A stretch of 31,581 bases of DNA from Chiloscyllium plagiosum (GCF_004010195.1 NC_057719.1:59410164-59441744); one strand, 5' to 3'; shown: positions 1-13,479, numbered from the stretch's first letter. Numbers and translations are program-made. The notes: generated by a model not told the origin, from the letters alone.

Positions 1-252
1 GTTTCTCATCTCTGGCCATGTCGGAAACATCCACATCCCATGGAAGAACAAAAACAGAAAAAAATCTCAAACCTTTACTGAGTTCAGTACAGCTGAAATT
101 TTTCATAATGTTGTAGCAGCTGTCCAAAATCAGAATTGAACAAATATTGCCATTTTGAAAATTCCCTCGGTTGCAATTAATAGCAATCATAGGTACACAA
201 GTTTACTTACTATTCAAATAACATGTTAAAATATTTTTGATTATAAATTCTA

Positions 253-354
<102 letters not shown>

Positions 355-789
355 CTATCCTTGAAACTCAACTCTACTATTTTCCTGGATCGTAATGTTA
401 AGTGGCATGTTGCAAAGCAGCAGTCAGATTCTAGATCATTTGAGGTGAGGATATTATTTGCATAAGTGGTCAGAAGAAAGTCTTCAAAAATTAAACACTT
501 TATTTAGAAGTGCAATCAAAAAGTAACACTTCAGATTTACTGCAAAATCCGACCTTTAAAAGCAAACAATACTGTTGTCCAAACAAAATAAAAGGATCAT
601 AATAAGATAGTTATCTGCAGAATTATATGACAGTGCGTAATCTAGAAACAAACACATTTAGATTACAAAATTGTTTTTGGGGGCAGGGGCAAGCTACTCA
701 AAACCAGTGTCATTTTAAAATCATCATCATCATACCATGAGGTAAACTGAAAATGAACAGGAATGCCACTGCAACTTGTGTAAAGGCTC

Positions 790-995
790 TTGTATCAAAC
801 TAAGGAGTTGCCCATTTGAGGCAGAGAAAAAAGAATTATTGGCTCAGAGGATAGTGGATCTATGGACTTATTTACCATCGGTCTATTGAGGCTGGGTCAT
901 GGTTCATATTCAAGGCTGAGATAAACAGATTATTACAATCATTAAGGGAAACATGCATTATCAGATTAGCCAGGATCTCACTGAATGATGGAATG
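790..995 (+). mobile_element. Decayed CR1-clade LINE 3' end
   Basis: Resembles the CR1 ORF2 end and 3'UTR (ttcaaggctgagataaacagatt...tcagattagccaggatctcactgaatg). Homologous to 6900-7148. Confidence 0.6.
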
Positions 996-1479
996 ATGTC
1001 TTAGGGTTTTAAAATGCTAATATCCGTACGGTGAATGAAATCCAAGAATAACTATTAAAAGAATTCCCATTTATCTATGCTTCTTCAGTTAAAACAATGC
1101 GCCACAAAACCACGAGCAAAATACTTCAGTCAATTGAAAACAGAAAGTTAGCTCTATGCAAGATTCACTCAATATATTAGTGCTTAATTTTAATTAAAGA
1201 ACATTAATCTGTACGTGACACAGGAAATAGTGAGCAGACATTCCCTTTTATCAAATCCTCAAACACAAGATGAGAATGAAGACAGATTAATTGCCCCAAT
1301 CACCAAGTACAATGACTGAAAGAACCAAGAGATTACCCCAATTTAATGTTTTCAACCAAATACAAGTCAGTATGAAGAAAGTTTTCTTTCAATAATCTAT
1401 AGGTTTCAAACCTTCAAAAGATCTACTGCAGCAGCCTCGATGATTCTACAAGAAGGGTGCACCATTGATAATAACGAAA

Positions 1480-1890
1480 TTAAGGATGATATCCATGTGA
1501 GAAAAGAATTCAATGTTGCTAAAATTAGGAGTAGGCTAAGAAAAATTGGAAGTTTTAGAAACCAACAAATGATTAGTTTTAGAAATGAGAAATTGGTCTC
1601 TATTAGAAAACTGACAAGGAACATAAAAGTAACAGTAAAAGTTTCTTCTACGTTGGAAGAGACAAATGCAGGTAAGCACTAGTCCTGAGATTATGAAACT
1701 AGGGAATTAATAAAGACAGGGACTTTGAACAAGTATTTTGTAGCTGCCTGTAAAGTAGAAGACGGAAAAAAGGATTCCACAAATTATAGAAAATCAACAG
1801 AAGACAAGAGAGATCACAATTTGAAACAACCAGAATCATGAAGAAATATCATGGAAAAAAAATTAGCCTTAAGTGCTGACAAGTGAGAAT
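1480..1890 (+). mobile_element. Highly decayed CR1 ORF2 fragment
   Basis: Translates RKLTRNIK, matching ERKLARNIK at ~4035. Followed by the same actttg(a)acaa(a)gtattttgta motif. Confidence 0.55.
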
Positions 1891-1914
1891 CATTAAGGCT
1901 ACACAAGCTTCATT

Positions 1915-2230
1915 AAATCTACACTTGTCCCACGTTCCAGCACTCTGTCCACAGCCTTGAATGTTATGACATTTCAAGTGGTCATCCAAGTGTTTTTTTT
2001 AAACAAATTGAGGTTACCTACCTCAATTACCCTCCCAGGCAGTGAACCACAGAACCCCACCACAATCTGGGTGAAAATTCTTTCCTGACATCCCCCCTAA
2101 ACCTCCTCTTTTTGATCTTAAAATGATGGACCTTTGTTATTAACCCTTCAACAAAGAGGAGCAGCTGCCTTCTATCTACCTTGTCCATGTCCCTCAATCT
2201 TATACACTTCTATTAGGTCTACCCCAACCT
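1915..2230 (-). mobile_element. CR1-clade LINE 3' end
   Basis: Reverse complement matches the CR1 3' ends elsewhere in the window (tctatctaccttgtccatgtccctc..tcttatacacttctattaggtc). Confidence 0.7.
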
Positions 2231-2790
2231 TAAGAGTGTCTATCTGGTTCACTGGCATAATTAAGAGGTGTTCGTCCTTTTGTCTTTTAAAAGAATCAAT
2301 GCTCGTAAAAGTACTAAACTTATATACTCTAAGTTAGTTTGAAATTATACATAACTTAATAAAAGAAGAAAGGATATTAAACTTATTACCACAGCTGGGT
2401 CATGAGATTTTGTTTACTACTCACCAGCGTGCGTTTCATTCATTCATGCAGTTTCATAGAGGCGCTGCTTTGATCATGTGATTAGTGGGCCTGTTTAATA
2501 TATATTCAACAAGTACATACTAAACTGTTTGATGTGTTGCAATCTATTCAGGTCCTGAGACATGGTTGGTAAGGGCTGATTAATATTATAATCTTTCCAT
2601 AGTTTTGGTGGGTCGTGGAGACACTAAAACAGTGAGGGCATTGTTTCGGAAAATGTTAATAGTCTTTGATATTTATTCAGAGGTAGCTTTTGATGTAAAT
2701 AGAGTCTGATAAGGGTTGAAGGTGTTCAGAAGCAAAATGGGTTTGGAAAGAATTTTTAAAATTTAGTCCATCTTGCAACAGTAAAATATA

Positions 2791-3740
2791 GTCGAACAGT
2801 GTGGTGCTGGAAAACCACAGCTGGTCAGGCAGCATTCAAGGAGCAGGAGAGTCAGCGTTTCGGACGTAAACCCATCATCAGGAATAAGGCTTGTGGGCCA
2901 AGGGGGTTGAGAATTCATGGGAGGGAGGTGAGGCTGTGTGTGGGGGGTGGGGGAGGGTGGGGGTAATGAGATGGGAAGGAGGCTAGGAATGCAATAAGTC
3001 AATGAAGGTGGGGGTAAAGGTACCACATCAGAGAGGAGGACAATCAGATAGTTGGGAAGGAAGGTAGACAGGTAGGACTGTTCAGGAAGGTGGTGCCGGG
3101 TTGGGAGGATGGGACTGGGATAAGTGGGGGACATCTACAGTGATCCTGTGTGGTTGGAGGTCCGAAGATGGAAAATAAATTGTTCTTCCCACAGGCGTCG
3201 GATGGTCAGCGTTGGTGATGGAGGAAGCCCAGGACCTGCATTCCCACTCCGCCAAAGACCTGGAGGTTCTGGGTCATCTCCATCACCAAATCCTAAGTAC
3301 CGGATCCCAAGGAAGAACACCTCATCTGCCGTCTTGGGACCCTCCAACCACACGGGATCAATGTGGATTCCACCAGTTTCTTCATTACCCCTCCCCTCCC
3401 CCCCCACTTATCTCAGGCACAATTTCCCAACTCGGCACCACCCTCTTGAACGGTCCTACCTGTCCATCTTCCTTCCCACCTATCTGCTCCACCCTCCTCA
3501 CCAACCTATCACTTTCACCACCACCTCTTCTACCTATCGCATTCACAGCTACCTTCCCCCCCCAGCCCCACCCCCTCCCATTTATCTCTCAGCCCCCTTG
3601 GCCCACAAGCCTGATTCTTGACGAAGGGCTTATGCCTGAAATGTCGAGTCTCCTGCTCCTCAGATGCCGCCTGACTGGCTGTGCTTTTCCAGCACCACAC
3701 TCAGACTCTGATCTCCAGCATCTGCAGTCCTCAATTCTCC
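2791..3740. mobile_element. Palindromic Penelope-like element (two head-to-head 3' fragments) with 15-bp TSD
   Basis: Left arm (2791-~3240, minus) and right arm (~3260-3740, plus) are inverted homologues with GIY-YIG C-terminal remnants (RRLWEEQFIFHL). CAACAGTAAAATATA flanks both sides, at 2776-2790 and 3741-3755. Confidence 0.88.
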
Positions 3741-3914
3741 CAACAGTAAAATATACTACAAACCATGGTTTTATGAATGAATGAATGAAAATGCATGATA
3801 GTAAACAACAGGTGAGTAAAGGGTTATGAATGAATGAATGGGAACGCAGTATTAGTAAATACAATGAGCTGGTGAATGAGTTAGTAAAGTTACCTATAAC
3901 ACAATAACTCTCAT

Positions 3915-5256
3915 ACCCCAAGATCCATTTGTTCCTGAGCTTCCTAGTGTCCTGCCATTCATCGACTACTGTCTTGTTTTGTTACTTTTTGCATCACCTC
4001 ACACTTATCAGAGTTAAATTCCTTTAAATTGGTGTATGAAAGAAAACTGGCAAGAAATATAAAAACAGTAGTAAGAGTTCTATGTTGGAAGAGAGGATCC
4101 AAACTAAGCATTGTTCCTTTAGAACATGGGATGAAGGAATTAATAAAGACAGGTACTTTGACAAAGTATTTTGTACCTGTCTTAACAGCAGAAGAAAAAC
4201 ATCTGTTCACCTGACCAATCTGTCTATATCCTCCTGCATCACAAGACCTTCTTCCTCACAGCCACCACTTGGCCAATCTTCATGTCATTCACAAGCTTAT
4301 CATCCACCCCATGCCACTGATATATAAAGGGACCCAACACCGATCCATGTAGTACTCCACTGGGCACAGTCACCTCCACGCTGTCTCCTTTCAATTGGCT
4401 ACAAAACCAATTTTGGATCCAATTTGTCAAATCTCCCTGGATCCTGTGTTATCAATCTCCCAATGTAGGACTTAGTCCAAGGCATTGAAATTCACAAGGT
4501 ACATCAACTGCATGACCCTCATCACACACTTGGTCACCCCTTCAAAAAATTCAACCAGATTTGTTAGGGTCAACCAAATGTGTTTGGATCGAATGGACTA
4601 CAAACTGAGGATCGTAAAAATAGCTCTTGCAGACAGTGAATGCAATTGTCATAACACACTACAACAGCCACATTTGGATAAAATTCCAGATTTAAACAAA
4701 ACACACATTATATACCATTTTTAAAAAAGGAGGAAGACCAATACAGGTAACTATAGGCCAGTTAGCCTAAGATCTGGCATCGGAAAAATGTTGCATCCAT
4801 TATTTTGGATAAAAAAGGTAGTAACAGGATACTTAGGAATTATAATACAAAGTCAACAGGATTTTGTGACACGGAAATCAAGTTTGACAAATTTATTCAT
4901 TCAACAGGATTAGCAGGAGAGGGTTGAAGAAGCAGCATGTAGAATGTTTTAGGGTTTCCAAAAGGCATTTGATACAAGTGCCACATAAAAGGTTACTCCA
5001 AGAAAAAAGAAGTTGTGGTGCTCGGGGCAAAATTTAGATGAATGCCAATTCAGGAAAGAGTTTGATAAATAGGTAAATTCCAAATGGTGAATGCTAAGTG
5101 GAGAACCACAGAGATCAGTGCTGGAACTCAGTTATTCACAATCTTTAGTAATGACATGAATGAAGGAAATGTATTGTAATCAGAGCTGCTGAGAATACAA
5201 TAGTAAGTTGGAAAGTAAGTTGTAAGGATGATATTAAACAAATGCAAGGGAACATA
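3915..5256. mobile_element. Mosaic of decayed CR1 ORF2 fragments in both orientations
   Basis: Minus-strand pieces: EFNSDKCEVM (3960-4020) and WIQNW...GVLHGSVLGP (4240-4430). Plus-strand pieces: ERKLARNIK (~4035), NYRPVSL (~4750), FQKAFD (~4955). Confidence 0.8.
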
Positions 5257-6491
5257 GTCAAAAGGTGTGGTGCTGGGAAGGCACAAGAGGTCAAGGAGCA
5301 TCCGATCGATGAAGGTGGGAGGTGATGGTTGTAGGGCAGGGTGGAATGGATAAGTGGGAAGAAAGATGGAGATGGAGAGGTAAGAGTGTTCAAGAGGTTG
5401 GATCTGGGACGAGGGTGCGGGTGAGGGGAAATGAGCAAACCGGTGAGACAGCGTGGTTGGAGGGTCCCAAGGCAGAAGATTAAGGGTTCTTCCTCCTGAC
5501 GTCTGGTGGCTTGGATTTGGCAGGGGAGGCAGCCCAGGACTTGCACTTCTTTGGTGGAGTGGGAGGGTGAATTGAAGTGTTCAGCTACATGGAGGTGAGG
5601 TTGTAATAGGGGATGTGCCCCAGAGGCATTCCCTGAAACACTCCAGGGAGTGTTGGCATCCAGTCTCGCCAATGTTGAGAAGACTAGATCAAGACCAATG
5701 GACACAGTAGATGAGGTGTTTGGATATACAGGAAAATCTCTGCCAGATGTGAAATGATCCTTTGGGGTCTTGGACAGAGGTAAGGGGAGAAGTGTAGGTG
5801 CAGGTTTTCCACCTCTTGCGGCGGCATAGGAAAGTACTGGGAGTAGAGGGTGAGTTGGTGGGGGGGCGTGGACCTAACAAGGGAGTCGCGGAGGAAATGG
5901 TCTCTGTGGAATGCAGATAGGGGTAGGAAGGGAAATCTCTCTCCCTGATGGGGTCTAATTGTCGGTGCGGAATCGGCAGAGGATAATGTGCTGTATCTGG
6001 AGATTAGTGGGGTCAAAGGGGCTTCTATCCTTGCTGCAGTTGGAAGGGTGGGGTTCAAGGGCAGAGGTGCAGGAAATGGAGGAGATGCGCTGGAGGACAT
6101 TGTTGAGGAAATGTGGGGGGGTGGGGGGGGGAAATAGTCCAGATAGCTGTGGGAGTCATTGGGTTTTACCTGTGTTGTGTCGGTCACCGGAAATGGGGAC
6201 GTAGAGGTCCAGGAATGGGAGGGAGGTGTCCGAAATGGTCCAGGTGAAATTGAGGTCAGGGTGGAAGGTGTTTGTGAAGTTCATGAACTGTTCAACATCC
6301 TCATGGGAGCAGGAGGCGATGCTGATACAGACATCAATGTAGCGGAGGAAGAGGTGGGGGATGGTGCCAGAGTAACTGCAGAAGATGGACTGTTCCACGT
6401 ATGCGATGAAGAGGCAGGCACAGCTGGGACCCTTGCAGCTGCCTATGGCTATTCCTTTGATCTGAATGAAGTGGGTAGATTCAAAGGAGAA
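5257..6491 (-). mobile_element. 5'-truncated Penelope-like element (RT C-terminus + GIY-YIG), decayed
   Basis: Frameshifted translations LFLRYIDV, FHPDLNFTWTISDTSLPFLD, SHSYLDY, HLIYCVH, RRQEEEPLIFCLGTLQP. Flanked by GGAACATAGT (5249-5258) and GGAATATAGT (6492-6501). Confidence 0.9.
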
Positions 6492-7148
6492 GGAATATAG
6501 TTAAACAAGTGTGCAAAACTGAGCAGATCAAGTAGAATTTTAAAAAATGAACAGAGAAACAGACTTAAATGGAAATAGATATGAACCTGAAAAGTTAGCA
6601 AGTAGGTGCAGCAATGAATTAAGGTAGCAAAAGGAATTTAGGCTTTCATTGAAGGAGGGGACCGAGTATAAAAGGAAAGATAATGCATTGGAAAGACATT
6701 GCAATGGAAGGAGTTCAGAGAAGATTTGCCACGATGATTCTTGGGGTGAAAGGACTGTGAAAGGTTGCACAAGTTGAACATTTGCTCATTGGTCCATTGA
6801 AAAATAATCAATTCTGAGGAAGCTTAGCAGAATGAATACGGAGATGATGTTTCCCCTCAGACAATCTGAGAATAGTGGGCAGTTTAAAATTATGGGGTCA
6901 TCCATTAAGACAGAATTAAGAATGAATTTATTCTGAGGGTTCAGAATTCTCTTCCACAGACTGAAGCAGATTCTAGGTTATTGAATATATTGAAGGCGCA
7001 AACAGATTTTCATCTGTAAGAGAATTGAGGATCACAGGATCAGGCAGGAAAGTGGAGTCAAAGCCACAATCAGATCAGTAATGATCTTATTTCATGGTGG
7101 AGCAGAGTGAGCCAATTGGTCTACTCTTACATCTACTTCTTATGATCA
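6492..7148 (+). mobile_element. Continuation and 3' end of the CR1 LINE interrupted by the PLE
   Basis: RT-region sequence resumes after the PLE and ends in a CR1-like 3'UTR (caatcagatcagtaatgatctt...cttcttatgatc). Confidence 0.7.
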
Positions 7149-7458
7149 CCCATTTGAAAACTCAATATTAAGGCTAGAAAATGGGCATCTTCAAATATGG
7201 CTAAAGATGCTGCAAATAAAGAATGTAACATTATTTCAAGATAAACCTTGGCAAAACCCAGCAAATTTAATGGCCAATATTCCATGATACAGTTTTATCT
7301 GACTCAATCACTTTAGGAACTCATTAAATCAGTAAACTAAGAAAATCCTATTTGCTGATAACGTTCAAGATAAAAATAAACTCAAATTAAACAGATAAAA
7401 TTAAATTTTAATAATTTCCATTAAATAAAGCACTTGTAAAGAATAATAATTTACCCAC

Positions 7459-7525
7459 CTGCTCTAAATGTGTCTGCACATATCAAGCAAGTCTTCCAGC
7501 CTTTCCGTTGGAAGTAGTACGCTAG
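7459..7525 (-). CDS. SRP54: SRP54 coding exon 5
   Basis: atatag|CTA GCG TAC TAC TTC...TTT AGA GCA G|gtggg = LAYYFQRKGWKTCLICADTFRA(G). 67 nt, includes the SRP-GTPase DTFRAGA motif. Confidence 0.97.
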
Positions 7526-7739
7526 CTATATTAAAAAAGATTGGTCTTGTGACAGGTATTGAAACAAATAGTAAACAAAACTACAATATAATCAAAGGCA
7601 GTCTCCCATATTAAAAAAATTTCATTTCTAAAGTTAATTTTCTGCTTAAACTTACTTTGAAATAAGCATGATTCTGCGAACAGCTCGATTTATAACCTCG
7701 ACAAATAAAATTTTCACACAGCTTCAAATTACAGTTTAC

Positions 7740-8819
7740 TGAAGTTTGACCATATGGGATTCAGGGTGAGCTTGTCAGTTGGAATCAAAATTGGCTTAAC
7801 GGCAGAAGACAGTGTGATGGTGGAGGGCTGTTTTCAGACTGAAGGCCTGTGACCAGCAGTGTTCCACAGCAATGGGTGCTGGATTCACTTTTGTTTGTCA
7901 TTTATAAAATGATTTAGATGCGAACATTGAAGGCATGGTTACTAAGTTTGTGGATGACACCACAATTGGTGATATAGTGGACAGGGAAGAAGTCTATCCA
8001 AGATTACAAAGAGATCTTCATCAATTGGGTTGATGGACTGAAGAGTAGCAGATGGAGTTTAATTTGCATTTTAGTAAAACAACTAAGGGCAAGATTTATA
8101 CAATTAGAAGTTGATCTTTTGGTAGCATTATAGAACAGATGTCTAGGGGATTGGGTACATAATTCATTGAAGTTTGCATCACATGTTGACAGAGTCGTGA
8201 AGAAGGCGTGTCGCACTCTTGTCTTTGACCTTTGAGCACAGGAGTTGGGATGTTATGTTGAGGTTGTACCGGACATTGGTCTTTCTGGAATACTGTGCCC
8301 AGTTTTGGTTGGACTATTCTGGGCAAAATATTAAGCTGGAGGGAGTTCCGAGGAGATTTACCAAGATGCTGCCAGGAATGGAGGGTTTCCATCATAAGGA
8401 GAAGCTGGGTAGGCTAGGACTATTTTCACTGGTGCGTAGGAGGATGAGCAGTGATCTTGTAAAGGTTTATAAAATCACGAGGGGGGTTGATAGATAAATT
8501 GAATCTTTATCCTGGGGAGGGGAATTTCAAGATGAGGGGAAATACTTTTAACGGGACAGGAGAAAGATTTAAGGAGGAAATGGTGGGCAACTTCTTTTTT
8601 TGAAACAGAGTGGTTTGTGTGTAGAATGAACTTCCAGAGAAAGTGGTGCTTGCAGGTACAGTTGCAGCATTTAAAAGGTATCTATATAAGTACTTGAATA
8701 AGAAATGTTTGGAGTGCTCTGGGCCAAATGCATGCGGGTGGAACTAGTTTAGTTTGAATTTATGGTCGACATGAAGTTTGCACTGAAGGGTCTGTTTCTG
8801 TGCTGTATGAGTTTATGAC
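7740..8819 (+). mobile_element. 5'-truncated CR1-clade LINE
   Basis: KFVDDT RT motif, LEYCAQFW, RRFTKMLPGMEG. 3'UTR gaagggtctgtttctgtgctgtatgagtttatgac. Confidence 0.9.
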
Positions 8820-9300
8820 AATAATGTGTATTGTAAAAAAACACATTTCAGATTAGAATTCTGAAAATTATAGGAATGTGATTTTGGGAATTAATTTAAC
8901 ACAAAAATTAATGAAACAATTTTTTTGGTAAATTATTGACAAAAATCCAAAACTCCTCAATAAAAAGGGTGTATTTAACTTAATTAACTTCAGTGAGAAA
9001 ATGTAATCAAATTGAGGGGATCACATTTGCTCTTTCAATTCTTTACATACAGTAAAATAACGAGTAACTTTTGATTAGTGTCTGGCTCTTAGATACAAAT
9101 ACCTCTGGTCAGGCATCCTTAAGTGTTATTATTTCCCAACACCACATCTAGTTTAAAACTTCAACCAACACTGGCTTGCATTGATCTGTTTAGCGGTCAA
9201 GTACTGAAATGAACTATACCCAATTTTCCCATTACAACAGAAGCACTGTTTCTATCTGCTACCTCCCAATTGACAATCCAATTGATTGGGATGAGCTTTA

Positions 9301-9465
<165 letters not shown>

Positions 9466-9500
9466 CTAAATAATACATAAATGGCAGTAGATTGAATTCA

Positions 9501-9668
<168 letters not shown>

Positions 9669-10029
9669 TCAAAACAATTAGCAGGTAGCCTGTTCAATTA
9701 ATTATCTATGCAAAAAACCATGAGCAGAATGGATTATGCAAGAAACAAAATTTAAATTTGACATTTGTTTAAAATCTAAGTTAGAATAAATAACAGTTAA
9801 AGGAACCCCTGGCAGAGAATCTCTCAAACAGCAAGTCATAGAGAACAAATAGCTGATTTGGCTCTTGTTTTTATTTTAACGAATAATATCCTCAGAGAAG
9901 CATAACAAAGTGTTAAATTTAAAATTTCATTAAAAATCCATTACCCTGTCTTATTACAAATATGGTTAAATCAAACTATTAAGATTTTTGTTCACATGTG
10001 ACAGACAGCAAACTTTCACTTGTTGTCAC

Positions 10030-10627
10030 TTGCCTTTATTGGTCAGTGCAGAGTATAGGAGTTGTGATGTCATATCGTGGTCGTACCGGACATTAGTTAA
10101 GCCACTTTTAAAATGCTGCTTTCAATTCTGGTCTCCTTCCTATTGGAAGGGTGTTGTGAAACTTGAAAGGATTCAGACAAGATTTACAACGAACTTGGAG
10201 CTATAGGGAGAGGCTGATTAGGCTGGGACTATTTTTCCTGGTGAGCAGAGGCTGAGGGGTGACCTTTTCGGGGTTTATAAAATTATGAGGGGCATGGATA
10301 GGGTGAATAGCCATAGTCTTTTTTCCAGATTAGGGAAGTCCAAAGCTAAAGGGCTCGGTTTATGGTGACAGAGGAAAAGTTTAAAAGGCATCTTTGTCAC
10401 ACAGAGGATGGTGCATGTATGGAATGAACTGCCAGAGGAAGTGGTGGAAGTTGGTACAATTCCAACATTTAAAAAGGCAATTATACAGGCATATGAGTAC
10501 AAAGGGTTTAAAAAGGATATGGGCCAAATGCTTGCAAATGGGACTAAATTAATTTGGAATATCTAGTTAGAAAGGACGAGTTGGACCGAAGGGTCTATTT
10601 CCATGCTGTGCAGGTCTATGATTCTAT
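10030..10627 (+). mobile_element. CR1-clade LINE 3' fragment
   Basis: YRTLVKPLLKCCFQFWSPSY...LERIQTRFT. 3'UTR gaagggtctatttccatgctg...ctatgattcta. Confidence 0.9.
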
Positions 10628-10839
10628 TTCTGCTTACCATCTATACATATAAGAAATGTAATGTGTTTAGCTAGTATTAGACACTACCAAGAGACTACAC
10701 TAACACTGGTGCCAAAAACAATTAAGATATTTTTAGGAATTCTGGTTAGTCAACATGTTCAGTTAATGCAGTCACAAAATACAAATCCCCCAAAAACACA
10801 AGACTAGAGGTAAATTGGAAAATGCATGGTATAATTTTT

Positions 10840-11140
10840 TTAAATTCATTCACATGATGTGGGCAAATGGCAGTTAAGAGTTAATCACATTTCTGTGGTC
10901 TGGAATCCCAAGTAGGCAAGATCACAGAGGATGGCAGATGTGCTTTCCTCAAAGACATTGGTGAGCCAGATGGGTTTTTCTGACAATCGACAATCAAGGC
11001 AATTTTGTTTTAAGATTGTTTTCAAAAACTGATTCAAACTCCACAATGTGCTCTGGAAGAATTCAAACCCAGGTCCCCAGAACAACAGCTGAATTTCTGG
11101 ATTAACAGTCGAACAATAATATCTCTCGGCCATTTCTTCT
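10840..11140 (-). mobile_element. tRNA-derived SINE (family uncertain)
   Basis: Minus-strand head with A-box-like TGGCCGAGAGA and B-box-like GGTTTGAATTC. Body homologous to 28110-28231. Tail gcccacatcatgtgaatgaatttaaaaaaa. Confidence 0.65.
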
Positions 11141-11298
11141 CTTTGCTGCACACAGATCATTCACATACCTTCAGTGTATCTGAACCGCACTGTTAAACTC
11201 ATATTGAAGTCTGCACATGCCAAACTGCTACCTCAACTAAACTATTTTTCATTTTAATCATGTTGCATGTAATTTATTGGATTAAGTTTGGTTACTTA

Positions 11299-11710
<412 letters not shown>

Positions 11711-13298
11711 GATGCAAGAGATGCACAAATGCAGCTAGGAAGCAACTGTAATTCATTGAACAGTTATCAGTCATATGATCCTCAAGCAGTAATCCCTACA
11801 CGCTAAATCTGTTTCTTACAACGTAGCCAGGCATCTCCATTTTCCTAGAATACTCTGACATCCTAGGAAGTATTTTTCATTCCCCAAGAAAATTCATCAT
11901 ACTATGCCACAAACTTGCACTGTGCACACAAACTTTAAAATTGAAATTCAGTTGTGCAGCTTTCATCTGAATAGACCTATTGTCTGTAGAGTATAAAGCT
12001 TCAAAACATTATGGCAAGTTCAAAATTTAATATAAACTGATTGCTACATCCCAATTTGGCCAATTTTACAACTGACCAGGGACCTATGATCATCATACTA
12101 CTTCTCAGGAGTCCAGAGCAGAACAATGGCCTAAATTGCTCTCTCATCCTGTGTTTAGTTCAACAGTAACTCCAGGTTGTGAGTGAAATTTGACAGCCGT
12201 GGAACTATGCAACTGTAAGGAATAAAGTTTAACAACTATGTCTGTTATACCTTATCAAGCAGTCAACCTTCAGTAGAAATAAATGTGGCAGGAACTGAAT
12301 TAACCAGAGCCATTAGATGCAAAGCCAACATCTTAATCTGTTGTGTTGATTGCAGAAACTTGCAACTTGTGGACTCATTGCCAGGTAACTGCACTACATT
12401 GAATTAATAACTTGTCTACATGCACCATTTTCAAGTGTTTACAAATTGAAAAATCAACAGAATCTACTTTTCTTGGGCTTTTTGAGAAGAGGCAGATAAA
12501 GAATAACAAGCAGAAAGTGCAAAATATATGAGGAACAACACTTAAAGAAAGGACAGAAGTGAAAACCTAGAATGGCTGGAAATGAGCATGATGCAATTTC
12601 TGTGTTTTTAATGACATTATATCATCAATACAATACAGAAATCAATGTGATATTTTACTCCTGTATCAACACGTACTTCACAGTTTTTTTATTCTGTGCA
12701 ACTTTAAGATAGGCAGATTTTGAGTTCAATCATAAAGTCATGAGAAATAAAACAAACAGAGGAAACAAACAATTACAGTATATTCTTTTTCTAATCTCAT
12801 CAGTCAAATGATCAGCCACGGAACTTGGAATTATTTATTCAGATCGTTAAATGAATAGCTGAGAATACAACATGAAGTGATTAAGACAGGTAATAAAAAA
12901 CCTGTTTTTTTTTTAAATATCTCTAAAGGCAATGTAGGTAATTTGATGTCAAATACATTAGTAATATCAAATTTACCCCACACAAATTTAAACTGGCACC
13001 GCTAAACAAATGCACTTTCACCTCCGTTTGTTTATCATTAAGAAATCACAAAAGAAGAATTTTAAACTACAAACGAGTTCATATTAACTACAAAGTTCAA
13101 AACGAGTTAGATTGGCAAAAGTGAGCAAATTTTGAGAACCACACTTATTTCCAAATGCTCAAACTCTTGATGTCTTTTATCGATAGGTGAATAAGTGCAG
13201 AAGAATTGCTTTGTTTGCCTAATACGACACACTTAGCTTTCGCGATGGACCAAGTACCGCATCAACTAAAGCACTATCTCTGATGCATCACGAAATTA

Positions 13299-13394
<96 letters not shown>

Positions 13395-13479
13395 TCAAGT
13401 TTAGTTCTTCTGTCGGAACAAACGAGACGTGATGTGATTGAAAGCCGTATGATTTACTTTGCTGGAGAAAAAAATTAAA

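Noticed and set aside
715..740. Intronic C/D snoRNA (ATGATGA C-box on minus strand)
   Set aside because: It is a short (TCA)n run with no suitably spaced D box or terminal stem.
2763..3784. Proline-rich ORFs of 123-190 aa on both strands
   Set aside because: They are read-throughs of C-rich PLE 3' regions in the palindrome arms, with no splice context or host-protein similarity.
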